This document shows, piece by piece, positions 15,770-31,164 of a stretch of DNA of 64,000 nt. Source of the DNA: the human T2T-CHM13v2.0 reference genome, Homo sapiens; assembly GCF_009914755.1 (NCBI RefSeq), contig NC_060928.1; one strand, given 5' to 3'. Position numbers and translations under genes: made by a program. Below the pieces are notes generated by a model. It ran no database searches. It was not told where the DNA came from and saw nothing but the letters and a program-made list of their open reading frames with translations. Position 1 is the stretch's first letter, and every line of letters starts with the position of its first letter.

Positions 15770-16084
15770 GGCCGGGCGCGGTGGCTCACGCCTGTAATCC
15801 CAGCACTTTGGGAGTCCGAGGCGGGCGGATCACGAGGTCAGGAGATCGAGACCATCCTGGCTAACACGGTGAAACCCCGTCTCTACTAAAAATACAAAAA
15901 ATTAGCCGGGCGAGGTGGCGGGCGCCTGTAGTCCCAGCTACTCGGGAGGCTGAGGCAGGAGAATGGCGTGAACCCCAGGGGGCGGAGCCTGCAGTGAGCC
16001 GAGATTGCGCCACTGCACTCCAGCCTGGGCGACAGCGAGACTCCGTCTCAAAAAAAAAAAAAAAAAAAACAACAAAAAAAAAAA
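15770..16084 (+). mobile_element. Young AluY (Ye-lineage-like)
   Basis: Most CpGs intact; 15-bp TSD AAAAACAATATCTTG (15756-70 / 16080-94). Confidence 0.92.
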
Positions 16085-16276
16085 CAATATCTTGAATTAT
16101 TGAAAGTTAAGTGTTTTCTCAGTTATGATGTATGCATCCATTTACTCCTCACCTAGTGATTTGAAGAGGATTTTACAGAAAATATTTTAATATAAATCTT
16201 CTAAGTACGTACCATTTTATATTTTTAAAACCCTCAGTTGCTTTAGTCCACTGATTGGATCTTTAATAAGTAAATA

Positions 16277-16648
<372 letters not shown>

Positions 16649-17083
16649 TTAACTCAATATTCTACTGGTTTCACTGATCTGGCTGATACAATTTATCAAT
16701 TTTGACAAGCATAACAAAAGTTGACGAGAGTTAACTTTCACAATGTTTGCTTTATAATTCACTCCAAAGAACATATTCAAAACTACTTAGATTAGAGAAT
16801 TGTTCTGTAATGATAAAATTAATTATAAGTATGTTAAGACTCATTTATGTAAAGTTTAGTTTTTAATATTTAGGAATTTATAAATACATTTGTTGTTCAT
16901 GACCTTTGGTTTGGGTAATCTGCATTTACAGTAGTTTCATAATTAAGTAGGCTATTAATACTGTTTGTGTAAATTAAAAAGCAAGAGTGGTATATTATAT
17001 GAATTGCCCTTCTTTGAGATAGTTATGAATGTTATTTTTAAATCTTCTCCTCAATGAAGTGTCCCCTTTTGTTACGTTAACAG

Positions 17084-17195
17084 GAATTTGGCAGCTGATC
17101 TTCTTCTGATGATTCCTGATAATGAACTACATTTAATAAAACTCTGTGCTTTCTACCCAGGATGTACTGAAGAGATAAATGACCTTCATGATAAG
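17084..17195 (+). CDS. WDR17: WDR17 coding exon (NLAADLLLMIPDNELHLIKLCAFYPGCTEEINDLHDK); an alternative upstream acceptor extends it to 17060 (+24 nt, VPFCYVNR)
   Basis: CAG at 17081-83 and AAG at 17057-59 are 24 nt apart and in frame; GTATGC donor at 17196. Confidence 0.9.
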
Positions 17196-18714
17196 GTATG
17201 CTGATGATGTTAAATATTCTGGTTTGGAATGCAGTGCTATGATTTAATTAATTGTAGGTTCAAGCAAATAGAGATGCATGCAGAGAAACAAATGTGTGGT
17301 CCCTTTGGGGTACCTACAAGTACAACAAAAGTGTTGTACAATAGGAAGTAACATTTACTGAACTGCTATGTGCTTGGCACTCTTCTAAATCTTTACATGT
17401 ATTTGTATCTTCATTCTCATAAAACTTTGAAAAGCATGGGATAATTATACAAAGAAAACTCAGAGAAGGTAAGGAATTTGCCCAAATTAGTTAGCGGTGG
17501 AGTGAGAATTTCAACTTCAGCAAGTCTAACTCCAAATCCCAAGTGTTTTCCACTGTACACTTTGCATACTGAAGTATGTTGTAGGATAAATTTTTAAAAT
17601 AGACAACTTAGAATCCTTAAAAGAATTAATGAAATATAATGAAATTTACATGCATTTTTCCAAAGTGCTTTAAAAATACTCATCTGCAGAATATAGGAAT
17701 CTATGCATCAATATTATATACAAAAACAACCAAAATGTTCAATAGGAAGATTATTTATATTAAATTACAGTACTTTTCTATATTTCAGTGCTATTAATCC
17801 ATTAAAAATCATGAAGCTCTATTTTTATTGGCATGATACATGGCTATGAAACAGTTAAATAGAAAGCAGATCACAAAACTATGCATATGCCATATGATTT
17901 TGGTTTGAAAATAAATGTGAATGTATTTATTTATGTTTATAGCATATTTAGGAAGATACAGTTTCTTTTAAGAAAATGATAAGATATAAGTACAATATTT
18001 TCTCATCTTGAACTTCTAAAATAATGAAGTTTTTCACTTCTTTGAACCGTGATTTTTTTATCCCTAGTGGGTGAGTATCCCTATTCATTAAGCAACAGAT
18101 ATTTTCTGAGTATTGTATTAATACAGATTGGCCAAAAGTGTGTGTGAATGACAACGTGTGGGTGGATATGTGTATGTGAATGTGTTTGTGTTGAGACGCG
18201 GAAAATACTTGTGAAAGGATAAATGTCCGAAATTACCAGTGGGTTGTGAGATGATGGGATATTTTAACTACTTTATACACCTTGTAGTCTGTGAATTATT
18301 TTTTTTAAAAGCTGTGCTTTGTTTTTTTAACATGACAACTAAAAGCTATTTTACATTGAAATTAAAATGCATATGAAAGAAAGTAGGAGTTTTTTAATTA
18401 TACATTAACTGGTAGTGTTTGAATGTACACTAACAGCTATCCTCTGAGGCAGAAGGTGCAGATGTTAATATCAAGACTCAGAGAGGCTAAATGGCTTGTC
18501 TAAGCTTTAAGACTTAAACTAATGACCTCACTTATTATTTTCAGATTTTAAAGATATTTCCATAAATATATGCTCTTAATTCAAATAATTTTATTTATAT
18601 CATTTAGGACAACTTTAATAAGAAAACCACACTAGTAATAGGAAAAATTTAGTATATGTACTATTTTTTTATTCCTATAAACTTTACTAACATTGTTGTC
18701 AAATCAATTATTTT

Positions 18715-19022
<308 letters not shown>

Positions 19023-19040
19023 AAATCAATTATTTTCTAG

Positions 19041-19085
19041 TGCAAGCTACACACAGTAGAAGAATATAGGCAGTTAGCTAAGACC
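19041..19085 (+). pseudogene. Duplicated fragment of WDR17 exon 20784 (pseudo-exon start [15 protein letters not shown])
   Basis: TTTTCTAG|TGCAAGCTACACACAGTAGAAGAATATAGGCAGTTAGCTAAGAC vs TTTTCTAG|TGTAAGCTACCCACAGTGGAAGAATGTATGCAGTTAGCTGAGAC. Confidence 0.88.
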
Positions 19086-19241
19086 ACTTTTAATGATAGG
19101 GCTAGAATATTATTCACCTCGTCTTTTCATCACACATTCTAAAAGGATATAATTAGACTTTCTGTTCAGACTTCATTAATATCTTTTTAGAAAGACTAGT
19201 GAGTATGTGTAAAAGTGTTAATAACTGAACAATTTCACAAG

Positions 19242-19582
19242 TACAGATGCTCCTCGACTTACCATGGGGTTACAATGGGTAAATCTATCATAAGTCAAAA
19301 ATATTCTACGTCAAAAATACGTTTAACACACCTGACCTACCAAACATCATAGCTTAACCTAGCCTTCCTTAAACGTGCTCAGAACACTTACATTAGGCTA
19401 CAGTTGGACAAAGTCATCTAACACAAAGCCTATTTCATAATAATATCTCATGTAATTTAATGAATACTGTACAAAAAGTGAAAAACAGAATGGTGGTGTG
19501 GGTACTCACAGTACAGTTTCTACTGAATGCATGTTGCTTTTACACTACCATAAAGTCAAAACATAAGTTGGGGACTGTCTGT
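19242..19582. mobile_element. MER47A-like Tigger-family DNA transposon
   Basis: TA-CAGATGCTCCTCGACTTA ... GGGGACTGTCTG-TA termini. Confidence 0.75.
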
Positions 19583-20783
19583 AACACTAAAAACTATATA
19601 TTCACATATGAGGTACTTATATAACTTTTGGAATTTTAAAATAGGATAAAAATTACAAGGATGATCATCTTTTTCTTCTTCTTATAGTCTATTTAAAAAT
19701 GATATTTAAATGGGAGTGATTTCTTATTTCCTCTATGCCATGAGCATATATCAAGGTGAAGAACCTATGTCTCTATCTAGCCAAGCACAGTACCTACCCT
19801 ATAGTAGTTGCTTTGTAAATAACTGGCATTTCATGAATAAGGATGGGGAAACAATATCAAACGTTATATATATGAGAGCCCCGTTAATTCAGTTTGTTGT
19901 AATTTGTTTGAGAGAGAGATTGAGATGTAAAATGTTCATTTTACCTAATTTTTAAATAAGAAATTTGAAATGATTAAATGAATGTATTAATAAATAAATT
20001 GAAACAAACCATGAAACTATTTTATCCACATTGTTTAGCAACAAACTTGAACGTTTAAGCTTCAACAATTATAAACACATCAGAATTTGATATAAAAGGT
20101 AACTTAATGCTTAATACATTATAAGGAAGCAGACCAACTTACTTGAGAGAGGATCAGACTCTCAGTTTTAACAGAAAAAGATTTTTTTTTTAATGAGGAA
20201 TGTGGCTTTTTATTTTATAGTAATGAAATTTCATGGATGAAAAAATCTCCATTTCATGGCATTTCAAAATGTCAAAGCTAAAAACTTTTAGAGCTTCTAC
20301 ATTTTTTGTGTCTCTGAAATAAGGTTGCTTTGTTTCAAAAGCCAAGTGACGTTAAATTACAGCGTAGAGGACATGGAATAATGCACACCCTTTATGTTTG
20401 GTGCATTTAATGTCGTTTTTGCGCCGTTATGGTCAGTATATTTTTTCTAACATAATTAATTTCATCATTTGGGTGCTAAATGGCATTTTTGGGTACTAAC
20501 TCCAGTATCACAATCAGGACAATTTACTTCTATTTCTTTTATTAGGTATTTGTGTGATGGAAAACTACTAACTCATTAACTAATATCCCCTCTTACTGTT
20601 TTTAGATCTTAAAGGTATTTCCATAAATATATTCTCTTAATTCAAATAATTTCATTTACATCTATTTTAGATAACTTTAATAAGAAAACCATACTAGGAA
20701 AGCTGAAAGTATTTTGTACTTACACTATTGCTTTTATCCGTTTGAATTTTAGTAACATTGTTGTCAAATCAATTATTTTCTAG

Positions 20784-20925
20784 TGTAAGCTACCCACAGT
20801 GGAAGAATGTATGCAGTTAGCTGAGACAGCCCGTGCAGATGACAATATATTTGAAACTGTAAAATATTACTTGTTAAGTCAAGAACCTGAAAAAGCCCTT
20901 CCTATTGGTATTAGCTTTGTTAAAG
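20784..20925 (+). CDS. WDR17: WDR17 coding exon (CKLPTVEECMQLAETARADDNIFETVKYYLLSQEPEKALPIGISFVK-E)
   Basis: TTTTCTAG acceptor, GTAAGT donor; 142 nt, phase 0/1. Confidence 0.93.
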
Positions 20926-20995
20926 GTAAGTAATTAGTTGGTAGTAGAATTTTAAATATACTCATTTATTTGATCGTTGTTTTCATACTGATGAT

Positions 20996-21421
20996 TGTTT
21001 TAATTCATTTTTGCATTGCTATAAAGAAATACCTGAGGCTGGGTAATTTATAAAGAAAGTAGATTTATTGGCTCATGGTTCTGCAGGCTGTACCGGAAGC
21101 ATGGCACTGGTATCTGCTCAGCTTCAGGTGAGGCCTCAGGAAACTTTTAGTCATGGCAGAAGGTGGTGCAGGAGCAGGCATATCACTTGGTGAGAGCAGG
21201 GGCAGAGAGAAGGGATGAAGAGAGAGAGGAAGGGAGGTGCCACGCTCTTAAACACTCAGATCTCGTGTGGACTCAGAACAAGAATTCACTCATCACCAAG
21301 GGGATTGCACTAAGCCATTCATGAGGAATCCACCTCCATAATCCAAACACCTCCCTACTCCAACATTGGGGATTACATTTCAACATGAGCTCTAGAGAGA
21401 ACGAACATCCAAACTATATCA
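20996..21421 (-). mobile_element. MST (MSTA/B) MaLR solo LTR
   Basis: TG...CA ends, 5-bp TSD ATGAT (20991-95 / 21422-26), MST consensus segments. Confidence 0.85.
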
Positions 21422-21675
21422 ATGATCAACTTAAAATCAAGAACTAGTCATCCTAAATTTAAAAAGGAGAGTGATGCTGATGTGAAATATGGCATCTCTT
21501 CTGATTTTATGGTATGGGGACCTGAGAGAGGATAAATAGGAAAATACTTGTGATCTAGAAAATAAAGAGGTAAGTAGGACTGACTGACAGAAAATTAATT
21601 ATATAAGTTAAAAATGGATGAATAAATTTTGAGACTGTTATTTAATGAATCTTCCATCTGGTTTAATTTTTCCAG

Positions 21676-21778
21676 AATACATCAGTAGCTCAGACTGGAC
21701 TTTGGATACCATATACCCTGTTCTTGACCTACTGAGCTATATTCGTACTGAAAAATTACTCTTGCATACGTGTACTGA
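21676..21778 (+). CDS. WDR17: WDR17 coding exon (YISSSDWTLDTIYPVLDLLSYIRTEKLLLHTCT-E)
   Basis: TTTTTCCAG acceptor, GTGAGT donor; 103 nt, phase 1/2. Confidence 0.93.
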
Positions 21779-21868
21779 GTGAGTATTTTTTCTGCAAAAT
21801 ATATAAGTGAATCTATTTGATAATTTTAAAGTGGCTCCATTGTTTTTGGTATTCAGATCGGGAAATAG

Positions 21869-22223
<355 letters not shown>

Positions 22224-23025
22224 GTTTGTTATGTTTTTAAGAAAAAAAATGTAGAGGTCAACTTGAAACAGAGTATTAAATATTAGTGGTCCCACTTAAT
22301 AATATCTAGTATGTGTATGTTTATATATGTACACACACATGCACACCTGGTTTAAAGAAAGCAAGTTCAAAGCTTTTGGATCTCAAGTCCTTAAGAAACT
22401 CATGGTCATATTTGTTAATTATCCATTGTATGCAAAGCACCATACTGAGCTTGTGGGAAAGAAGTAAAATTGCTGGAAAGTACAAAATAGACATCATCCC
22501 TGGATTCAGGTACTATTAAAAGACATTATTATCTATATAACTAAAGCCCTCAGAGACTCTTGTATAATTTACAAGAGAGGCTTTGGGCTCTTTTTGTTTT
22601 AAAGCCTAAATGGAAAAAATGATGCAGCAGCCTGGGAGACTGGCTAACTCCCTCAGCAAGAATGCAGAAGACGTTCTTTACTGTGAGTCTACACGGTATT
22701 CCAGGACTCCCTCCACCTGACCAAAGGAGCTATTTAGGGATAAATTACATGAAGAAACAGCCAGGAAATACAGAACAACAAGCAGGCAACAGTGAAATAC
22801 TATTTAAATATGCTTATTTTATAGTCTAATTGATGGTATAGCATAAATATCTGAATAGGAATTAAGAACTGGTGAATAATTTTCCTTAAGTTTAGAAAAT
22901 TTTCTAAACATATATTGCTATAAATGTCACCTTTCAGAATATATAAAGTACATGAACTGTGTATCAGAGTAATGTTCTATGCCTCAAATTGTGGAATTTA
23001 TAAAAATAAATATATTCTCTTTTAG

Positions 23026-23127
23026 AGCTCGAAATGAGTTGCTGATATTATGTGGTTACATTGGTGCATTACTGGCTATCAGAAGACAGTACCAAAGCAT
23101 TGTTCCAGCACTTTATGAGTACACAAG
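23026..23127 (+). CDS. WDR17: WDR17 coding exon (ARNELLILCGYIGALLAIRRQYQSIVPALYEYT-S)
   Basis: CTCTTTTAG acceptor, GTAAAA donor; 102 nt, phase 2/2. Confidence 0.93.
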
Positions 23128-23899
23128 GTAAAAAAGGTTTTTTCCTCCATCATGACATTAGAGCAATTTCTCTTGCTAAGATGGATAGTCTCTAAGTGGA
23201 TTATACAAAGTATCAAATATATTATTACAAGTATCCATCTATTTACTCAGCGTGTGCTTTATAATAAAGCAGCACATAAATTAGGGATGCATTGGGCTGT
23301 AAATAATAATAATTTGAATACTAGCTTAAACTCCTAGGGTTTATTGATCTTTCATGTCAAGACACTTGAGACAGGCTTTCTAAGGCTTTTACTGCCGTGC
23401 AGTGATTTCTTCAAGGACCTGATACTCCCTTCTTTCCACTATGACATTTTTTGGATTATTTCCTCTTGCTTGAGTATCCCATGGTTAGAAGATAGATGCT
23501 AGCCCTCCATGAATTACGACTACATTCTGAGTAGGAAAGAGGTAAGAGTGAAAGAGACCACAAAGGACTTTCTCCTGGCAAGACCATTTTATTCAGGAAG
23601 GAAAGTCCTCCTTAGGGTTTTATGCCCACATCTCACTAAAAGAAAATAGGAAACTGAATATTTTAGCTTTTCAATCTCTACAGCAGAAAAGGCAGAGTAA
23701 AGGGAGTTTGTAAGTAGCAGGTTACTATTTTAATATTTTATATTCAGGCATAACCTGTTAGCCATACTCCTACATTTTATAACAACTTGTTTAACTTCAG
23801 CCCTTGTACTTAAAACTTCTTATACTATAAAATAAAATTCACGGTGCCTTCCATAAAAACCTTCTTCCAAGTCTAGTAGTTAGCTAAATGGCTTAGTAG

Positions 23900-24264
<365 letters not shown>

Positions 24265-25458
24265 GTTAAGCAGTTTTTCTGAGTTCATATGTGGCAGAGG
24301 ATTCTAAGAGAAACAGGTTTTCTCATTCCTAACTTCTCCCTATTGCGTAGGTGAAGCACTAGCTGTCACCTAGTACAAATAAGGAATAATATGGAATTAA
24401 TACTATCAGCATGCTCAGGGAAAAATCTCTTTCTACATAGGTAGCATAACCAAAATTGGAAAGCAACATTTAACAGTATTAAAAGATATTATAGGAGCAG
24501 TAGGATATATCACATAGATGTAAAATAATGTTTAATATGTTCAGCTATATATAATGATAAAAGTAAAGAGAAAAATTCTTAATTAAGCATTAAATTAATA
24601 TCAAAAAGAAAAAGAACGGTTTTTATTTGCAAGGGCAGGAGAGACTTGAGAGAATGTGACTAAGTTTAGGGAATGTGTTAGCTTAGAAAGAGAAATTGAT
24701 AATTTCCTAATATTAAAGAATGTATCGTCTCTGACAGTTCCATCTTTGTTGTCTTGCTGCTTATAATTATTTTCTTGACCCACTAAATATGTGAGTCCCC
24801 AAAGTTTCATTCTCTCGTCCTCTGCTTCCCTTTTTCCTCCTCTCCATCCCACTCTCCTCCCACGGCTCCACTCCCTCCCGTCTCCTTTCTATACGGTGTC
24901 CTTCAGAAACCTCACCACTTTTCAGCTTCACCTATCACCTCTATGGAGGTAACTCAGTGTCTTATATTCAGGCATAGCGTACTCTTCAAACTCCTATGTG
25001 TATATTCAGCAGCTTGCTAAACTTCAGCCTAAAGTCAGTATGCTCAGAATTCAAATCATCTTTCTTCTCAAATCTCCTTCTCCCGTGTTCTCTTTCTGTC
25101 ATTCAAGATTAAATGATCAGGGTCATGGTTAAGTGTTCTCTCTCACTGTGGCTATTATTTAACATCACTTAACTTGTCCAACCATTCTTCATACATTATG
25201 CAGTTCATTTATTTATCCACTCACTTACTCATCCACCCAATGTTTATTGAATAACTTTGACTTGCCAGGGACTGTGCTAAATATACAGGTGAGCATATAT
25301 ACGCATATACTAGAAAATATTCTATATGTATATTATATATAACGTATAATGTCTGTATACAGAAATATATAAATCTAAAATCACATTTAAAGTTTGTTTG
25401 CTTTTTCTGATATCTTAGTTTTTGGTATCAGATGTTAATTTCCTTTTCACACGTTCAG

Positions 25459-25557
25459 TCAGCTATTAAAACGTCGGGAGGTGTCAGTACCTTTAAAAAT
25501 TGAATATCTTTCTGAGGAATTGGATGCATGGAGAGCTTGCACACAGTCCACCAACAG
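25459..25557 (+). CDS. WDR17: WDR17 coding exon (QLLKRREVSVPLKIEYLSEELDAWRACTQSTN-R)
   Basis: TTCAG acceptor, GTGAGC donor; 99 nt, phase 2/2. Confidence 0.92.
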
Positions 25558-25871
25558 GTGAGCAAATATGATATAAAAATTGGAATGCAGAAGGTATTTG
25601 ATGTTATAGACAAACTTGTTGGAAGTATGTGTGGTCTCATTAATTTTAGCAGAATAATGAATCTTGATTTGTTTGGCATATATGCAGTAATAATTTACAA
25701 TACCGTACTTTTCTGCCATGTAGTCCTTTGTTTTACTATAAATTAAGTCTAAAGGGATTTGTCTCCATCAATAAAGGGGAACTAAATAATCATCAGGGAT
25801 AATTTCTAATCTAAACATCAAAAATTCTGTGATTCGACAAAATGAAATTTTGATATCTGTTGAAAATATAG

Positions 25872-26055
25872 ATCATTAGAAGACTCTCCGTATACACCCC
25901 CTTCTGATTCACAAAGAATGATTTATGCAACTTTATTAAAGAGACTAAAAGAAGAGTCACTGAAAGGAATTATTGGACCAGATTATGTGACTGGATCAAA
26001 TCTTCCAAGTCATTCTGATATTCACATTTCTTGTCTTACGGGATTAAAAATCCAG
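25872..26055 (+). CDS. WDR17: WDR17 penultimate coding exon (SLEDSPYTPPSDSQRMIYATLLKRLKEESLKGIIGPDYVTGSNLPSHSDIHISCLTGLKIQ)
   Basis: TATAG acceptor (weak pyrimidine tract), GTAAAG donor; 184 nt, phase 2/0; overlaps ORF 25918..26115. Confidence 0.9.
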
Positions 26056-26311
26056 GTAAAGCCTAACATCAGACATAACATGTGTATTTCACCATTTTAC
26101 ATGTTTACTTTTTGAAATATCTTAAAATAAGCCTAATTTGGATAAAAGTAGGTAATTTAGGACTGGGGTCCAGTAAGGAAATATTACCTCTAGTGCTTCC
26201 ATAGTTAGTACAAGTGGCCTCTTTCTGCCTAAAATAAATTCAAATACAAGCATTGTACTGACTCTTACCACAGAAGCAATTCATGTAATATGTATACCTG
26301 CATGAAAGTTT

Positions 26312-26412
26312 AAACCAGGAGGTTTTGGTGAGCCGAGATCGAGCCATTGCACTCCAGCCTGGGCAACAAGAGTGAAACTCCGTCTCAAAAAAAAAAAAAA
26401 AAAAAAAAAAAA
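26312..26412 (+). mobile_element. 5'-truncated Alu 3' fragment with A tail
   Basis: GTGAGCCGAGATC...CCGTCTC followed by a long A run. Confidence 0.85.
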
Positions 26413-27840
26413 GATCCCACCTCCCAATAATATACACAGCTTATTGAGCAGATTCTTATGTATTTCTAATGTAATGTGAAAAGTCACATTTCTAATGCTT
26501 CCATGCTAGCCCAATGAAGAAGGCAGGTTTTGTCATAGCCACCCAAAATAAATGAAGTAGCTGGATACTGATGTAAACCTTAACTGTAGCTTAGCTTGCC
26601 ACTGCAAGCTAGTTTAGTCTCAAAACATAACCAGTATCTTCCAAAAGACAGGACATATAGTTGTATACACCTTTATTATCCATTTATGCTCACAAATAGA
26701 GAACCAAGTCAGGAAATTAAATAACTTTTAGTAAAGAGCAAGAAACATTATGAAATATTTGGAGTATGTCATCATTGCCATTCTCTGCCCTTTGTATACC
26801 ATTTCTAGTACGTGGTACCTTCAGGTTTCTTTCCTCCTTTTCTTAAGGTTTCTTTTCTCCATCTGACCTTGACCTAAAAGACACTATCTAACCTCTCTGT
26901 AGCCAAACCTGCATCCAGGAAAAGAGCTACTAATTATCTCATATACACTGAGGCCCACGTGACTGGTATAGATGGAGTACTGTTCTGCCAGGATATTTCT
27001 GTTTCAACAGAAAGTTGACGTGTTTGGGTTATAATTGTGAAATTTCTAGTGCCTACTAATAGGAGCTGTCTACTTTACATACTCCTATGATGAGCTTTCC
27101 ATTATCTAGAAATAATTTGCTAACAACAAGTTGTATCATTTGAAATCAGACCCCAAACTCAACAGCTTTAGAACCTAATTAAGAAAACATAATTTGTATT
27201 GCATCTTGTGTTTTTGAAATTATGCTTTTCCTTATCAGAGCTAGGTAATATAGACTGAAAACATTTCACATTTAGTTCTTTATAACTACCCTGGCATATA
27301 TCATAACTGATGCAACTAAATTATAAATAAGCAAGAAAATCACATGGCTAAACATATTTTAAACGATATATACAATATAGAACAATATTCATCATCTTCT
27401 GGAGAGCACATATAAAGTTTCTGGCTTAAATAATTTCCCCAGCTGTATCGACATAGGCTACATGAGTAAAATAGTGAAATATATTTAAGCCTATTACTAG
27501 ACATATATGCTTTTATAGAATAGGTAAACTTTGTGGCAGTTACCAGATTAACAAAACATATTTGTCATTGGCATTACTATTGTATTTAAAGAATTTAAAT
27601 TGTAAACAATTCTATTTTAACAGATATTAGGGTATAATGACATAATGTTAAGACATTTGAAAATGTTTCTATATTTGGGTCCAGCTCAAAAAAACTAATT
27701 TTCTCATAGTCTTCATTTTTTTATTAGCTTTGCCTAAATATTATGTTTTTTTTTATTGCAGTGATTCTCTTTCTGAAAGTTTAAAAATACTTTGCAAATT
27801 TATAATCTCATCTTCTCTTTCCTCAACTCTCACTGTGCAG

Positions 27841-27960
27841 GGCCCTGTGTTTTTCCTTGAAGACGGGAAATCTACTATCTCCTTGAATGATGCTTTGATG
27901 TGGGCAAAGGTGAATCCATTCTCACCTTTAGGGACTGGAATACGACTCAATCCATTCTGA
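27841..27960 (+). CDS. WDR17: WDR17 last coding exon (GPVFFLEDGKSTISLNDALMWAKVNPFSPLGTGIRLNPF*)
   Basis: Pyrimidine-rich tract + CAG acceptor at 27838-40; TGA at 27958-60; recognisable WDR17 C-terminus. Confidence 0.95.
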   Translation, partial: GPVFFLEDGKSTISLNDALMWAKVNPFSPLGTGIRLNPF

Positions 27961-28788
27961 TAGAAGATTTTTGTCCATGCTTGATTTTTTTTTTTAAAGA
28001 AAAACTTTCATGGGTTAGCATTACCTTAATCTTTGTTGCTCAAGTGCCAGAGGTTGGGAGAAGGATTGCAGGTTGGGAGAGGTGGGAAATAGCAGTGAAT
28101 TTTAGTCATTAACTTCAAAATATATATATATATATAATTTAAAGGAAAAATAGGTGCCTCCTTTATAAACAGTAATAGCTACGTTTGGGAAGGAGGAAAC
28201 ATTTAAATTATAAAGGACTGAATAATCTAAAAAGCATATAAAAGTTTCACACAGCATAAAAGATACCAAAATATCATATGGTTGAAATATTGAAACATAT
28301 TAAATTGTGCAACACCTAGAATAGTGCTAGACATACAGTAAGTACTTAATGGATATTTGAATGATTGAATATCTTGAAATGTTGAAATGTAAGGTGTGCA
28401 CAGTGATCTTCAACTTAACAAACACTTACGTTCTCCTTTATAAAATGCATAGTAAACCACTAACGTTAGCTGTTTTAATAAAAGTTTTCAGTTATAAGTT
28501 TAGTAAATATTAATAAATGGATACACATTCAAAATACTTTTAAAAAAAAGAAAATGTTACCAGTTTTTTTATCTGAAGTTTAACTGTCCCATTGTAAAGG
28601 TGTAAGTTATATAGGCTTGAAAAAAATTGGCGGGTAAAAATCACAAAATGCAGTCGAATATATATATGAAAACTTGCATTAGGTGATAAAGTGACTATTT
28701 TAAGAGATTCAGCATGCATGGATATTAGTTTTGATTAATGTGTACAATAATTTACACAGTATACTCTAGTCAATTTATGTTAACTTTA

Positions 28789-29184
<396 letters not shown>

Positions 29185-29551
29185 TTATGTTGATTTAACT
29201 TTTAAAATGTTGTTTAAAAGTGTGAAGCTATGAAAAGCCTGATAATGTGACTACAGATATTTCAGTTGGACTAGAATTCTGACTTTGAAACTTATTAAAT
29301 TAATGCATACTGGAAGTACTTTGATACTCAAGTTGTTTCACAAGATTTATAATATAGATGGTTTTGTTTGACTAAAGAATAATCTCATATAACTAGAATA
29401 CTTGTGGCTTTTATTATCTTTAAACTTGTTGCATTTAAAATATTTTTAAAACCTTCTTAACAAAACTTCTTAAAACTGGAAAAAATATATATTATGTATC
29501 TATGTATCATATTTATCACATGACCACTTTTGATTCCTTAAAAAGACATTA

Positions 29552-29956
<405 letters not shown>

Positions 29957-31164
29957 TTAGAGATATCTGTAACTCAAATTTTTCTTAGGTGAGGAGGATT
30001 ATTAACTGGCACATATGTACTAAAAACCCCTCACTTAAAAATGGCAGTCTCAATCCTACTGTCATCCTTTTTATTTTAAAATAAATAAATAAGCCTATCT
30101 TTTTGTGCTTACATACTTAAAAGGATATCATTAAGTATATAAACAATCATTACTTCTGTATTTTTAATGAATGCAGGAAAATAATATTTTTATGTATAAA
30201 AAATGAAGAAAAAATTTTGCAAGTCTTTAAGCACATAAATACAACAGAATAGCCACCCAATTTCTGTCTGAAATCTAAATTGGATGGATTTGACCATCAT
30301 TCTATTATCTTTGATTTCTACAATGTCTATATCTTATTACCTATAACTATTAATTTTTCATAGAATTATAAATGTCATTTGACTATGTCAATCTGTATAT
30401 ATTGTACCTTAATATGAAAAACAAATTTTTTAATTCATAAAAGTATTTTTATTAGATTTCATATGCATGAAACCCAAGCAAATTATATGAATTTATTTTA
30501 CTATTTGAAAATGTTCATATTACCAATAATGTGGACAAATTACTTTGCAGGTTTAAATATGCCTCTGTAAAGGAAGAGTCTCATTAGACAATGATTTTTA
30601 AAGCATTGGAAAAATATTTTGCCTGTAAAAGTTAGTAACTAGGTGGTTCACAAAATTACAACATCAAAATAGTTACATCTTGTGAAAATATATGATTTTT
30701 ATGTCAATCAAGACAAATGAAATATATATGTATGTGTATATATATACATGTATGTATGAAATATATATATGTGCGTGTGTGTGTGTATATATATATATAT
30801 ATATTTCTATGAAATTGTCCAGATGTGTTCAGGAACATGATTGCATTAGAGCAATGACTGTATTTTGTTGTCCTTATAACATTTATATTATTTCAGTTTT
30901 AAGTCAAAAGGTATTCTGAATATAATAAAAGCCTCACAAATTATTTGTAAAATTTAGTAGTTCATATTTAGTATATCAGTAATATAGAAGACATCTTTAT
31001 AGTCAACTCTTAATTAATGCTTATTGTACCAAATCTTTGAGATATTTGTACATAAATGAAATATGTACTTTCATGCTAAAATTATATATCATGACTGTGC
31101 TATAATTTGGCATGTCATTATCTAGATTTATATGTATGTACGTATTTCAGGTCCTTGAAATTTT

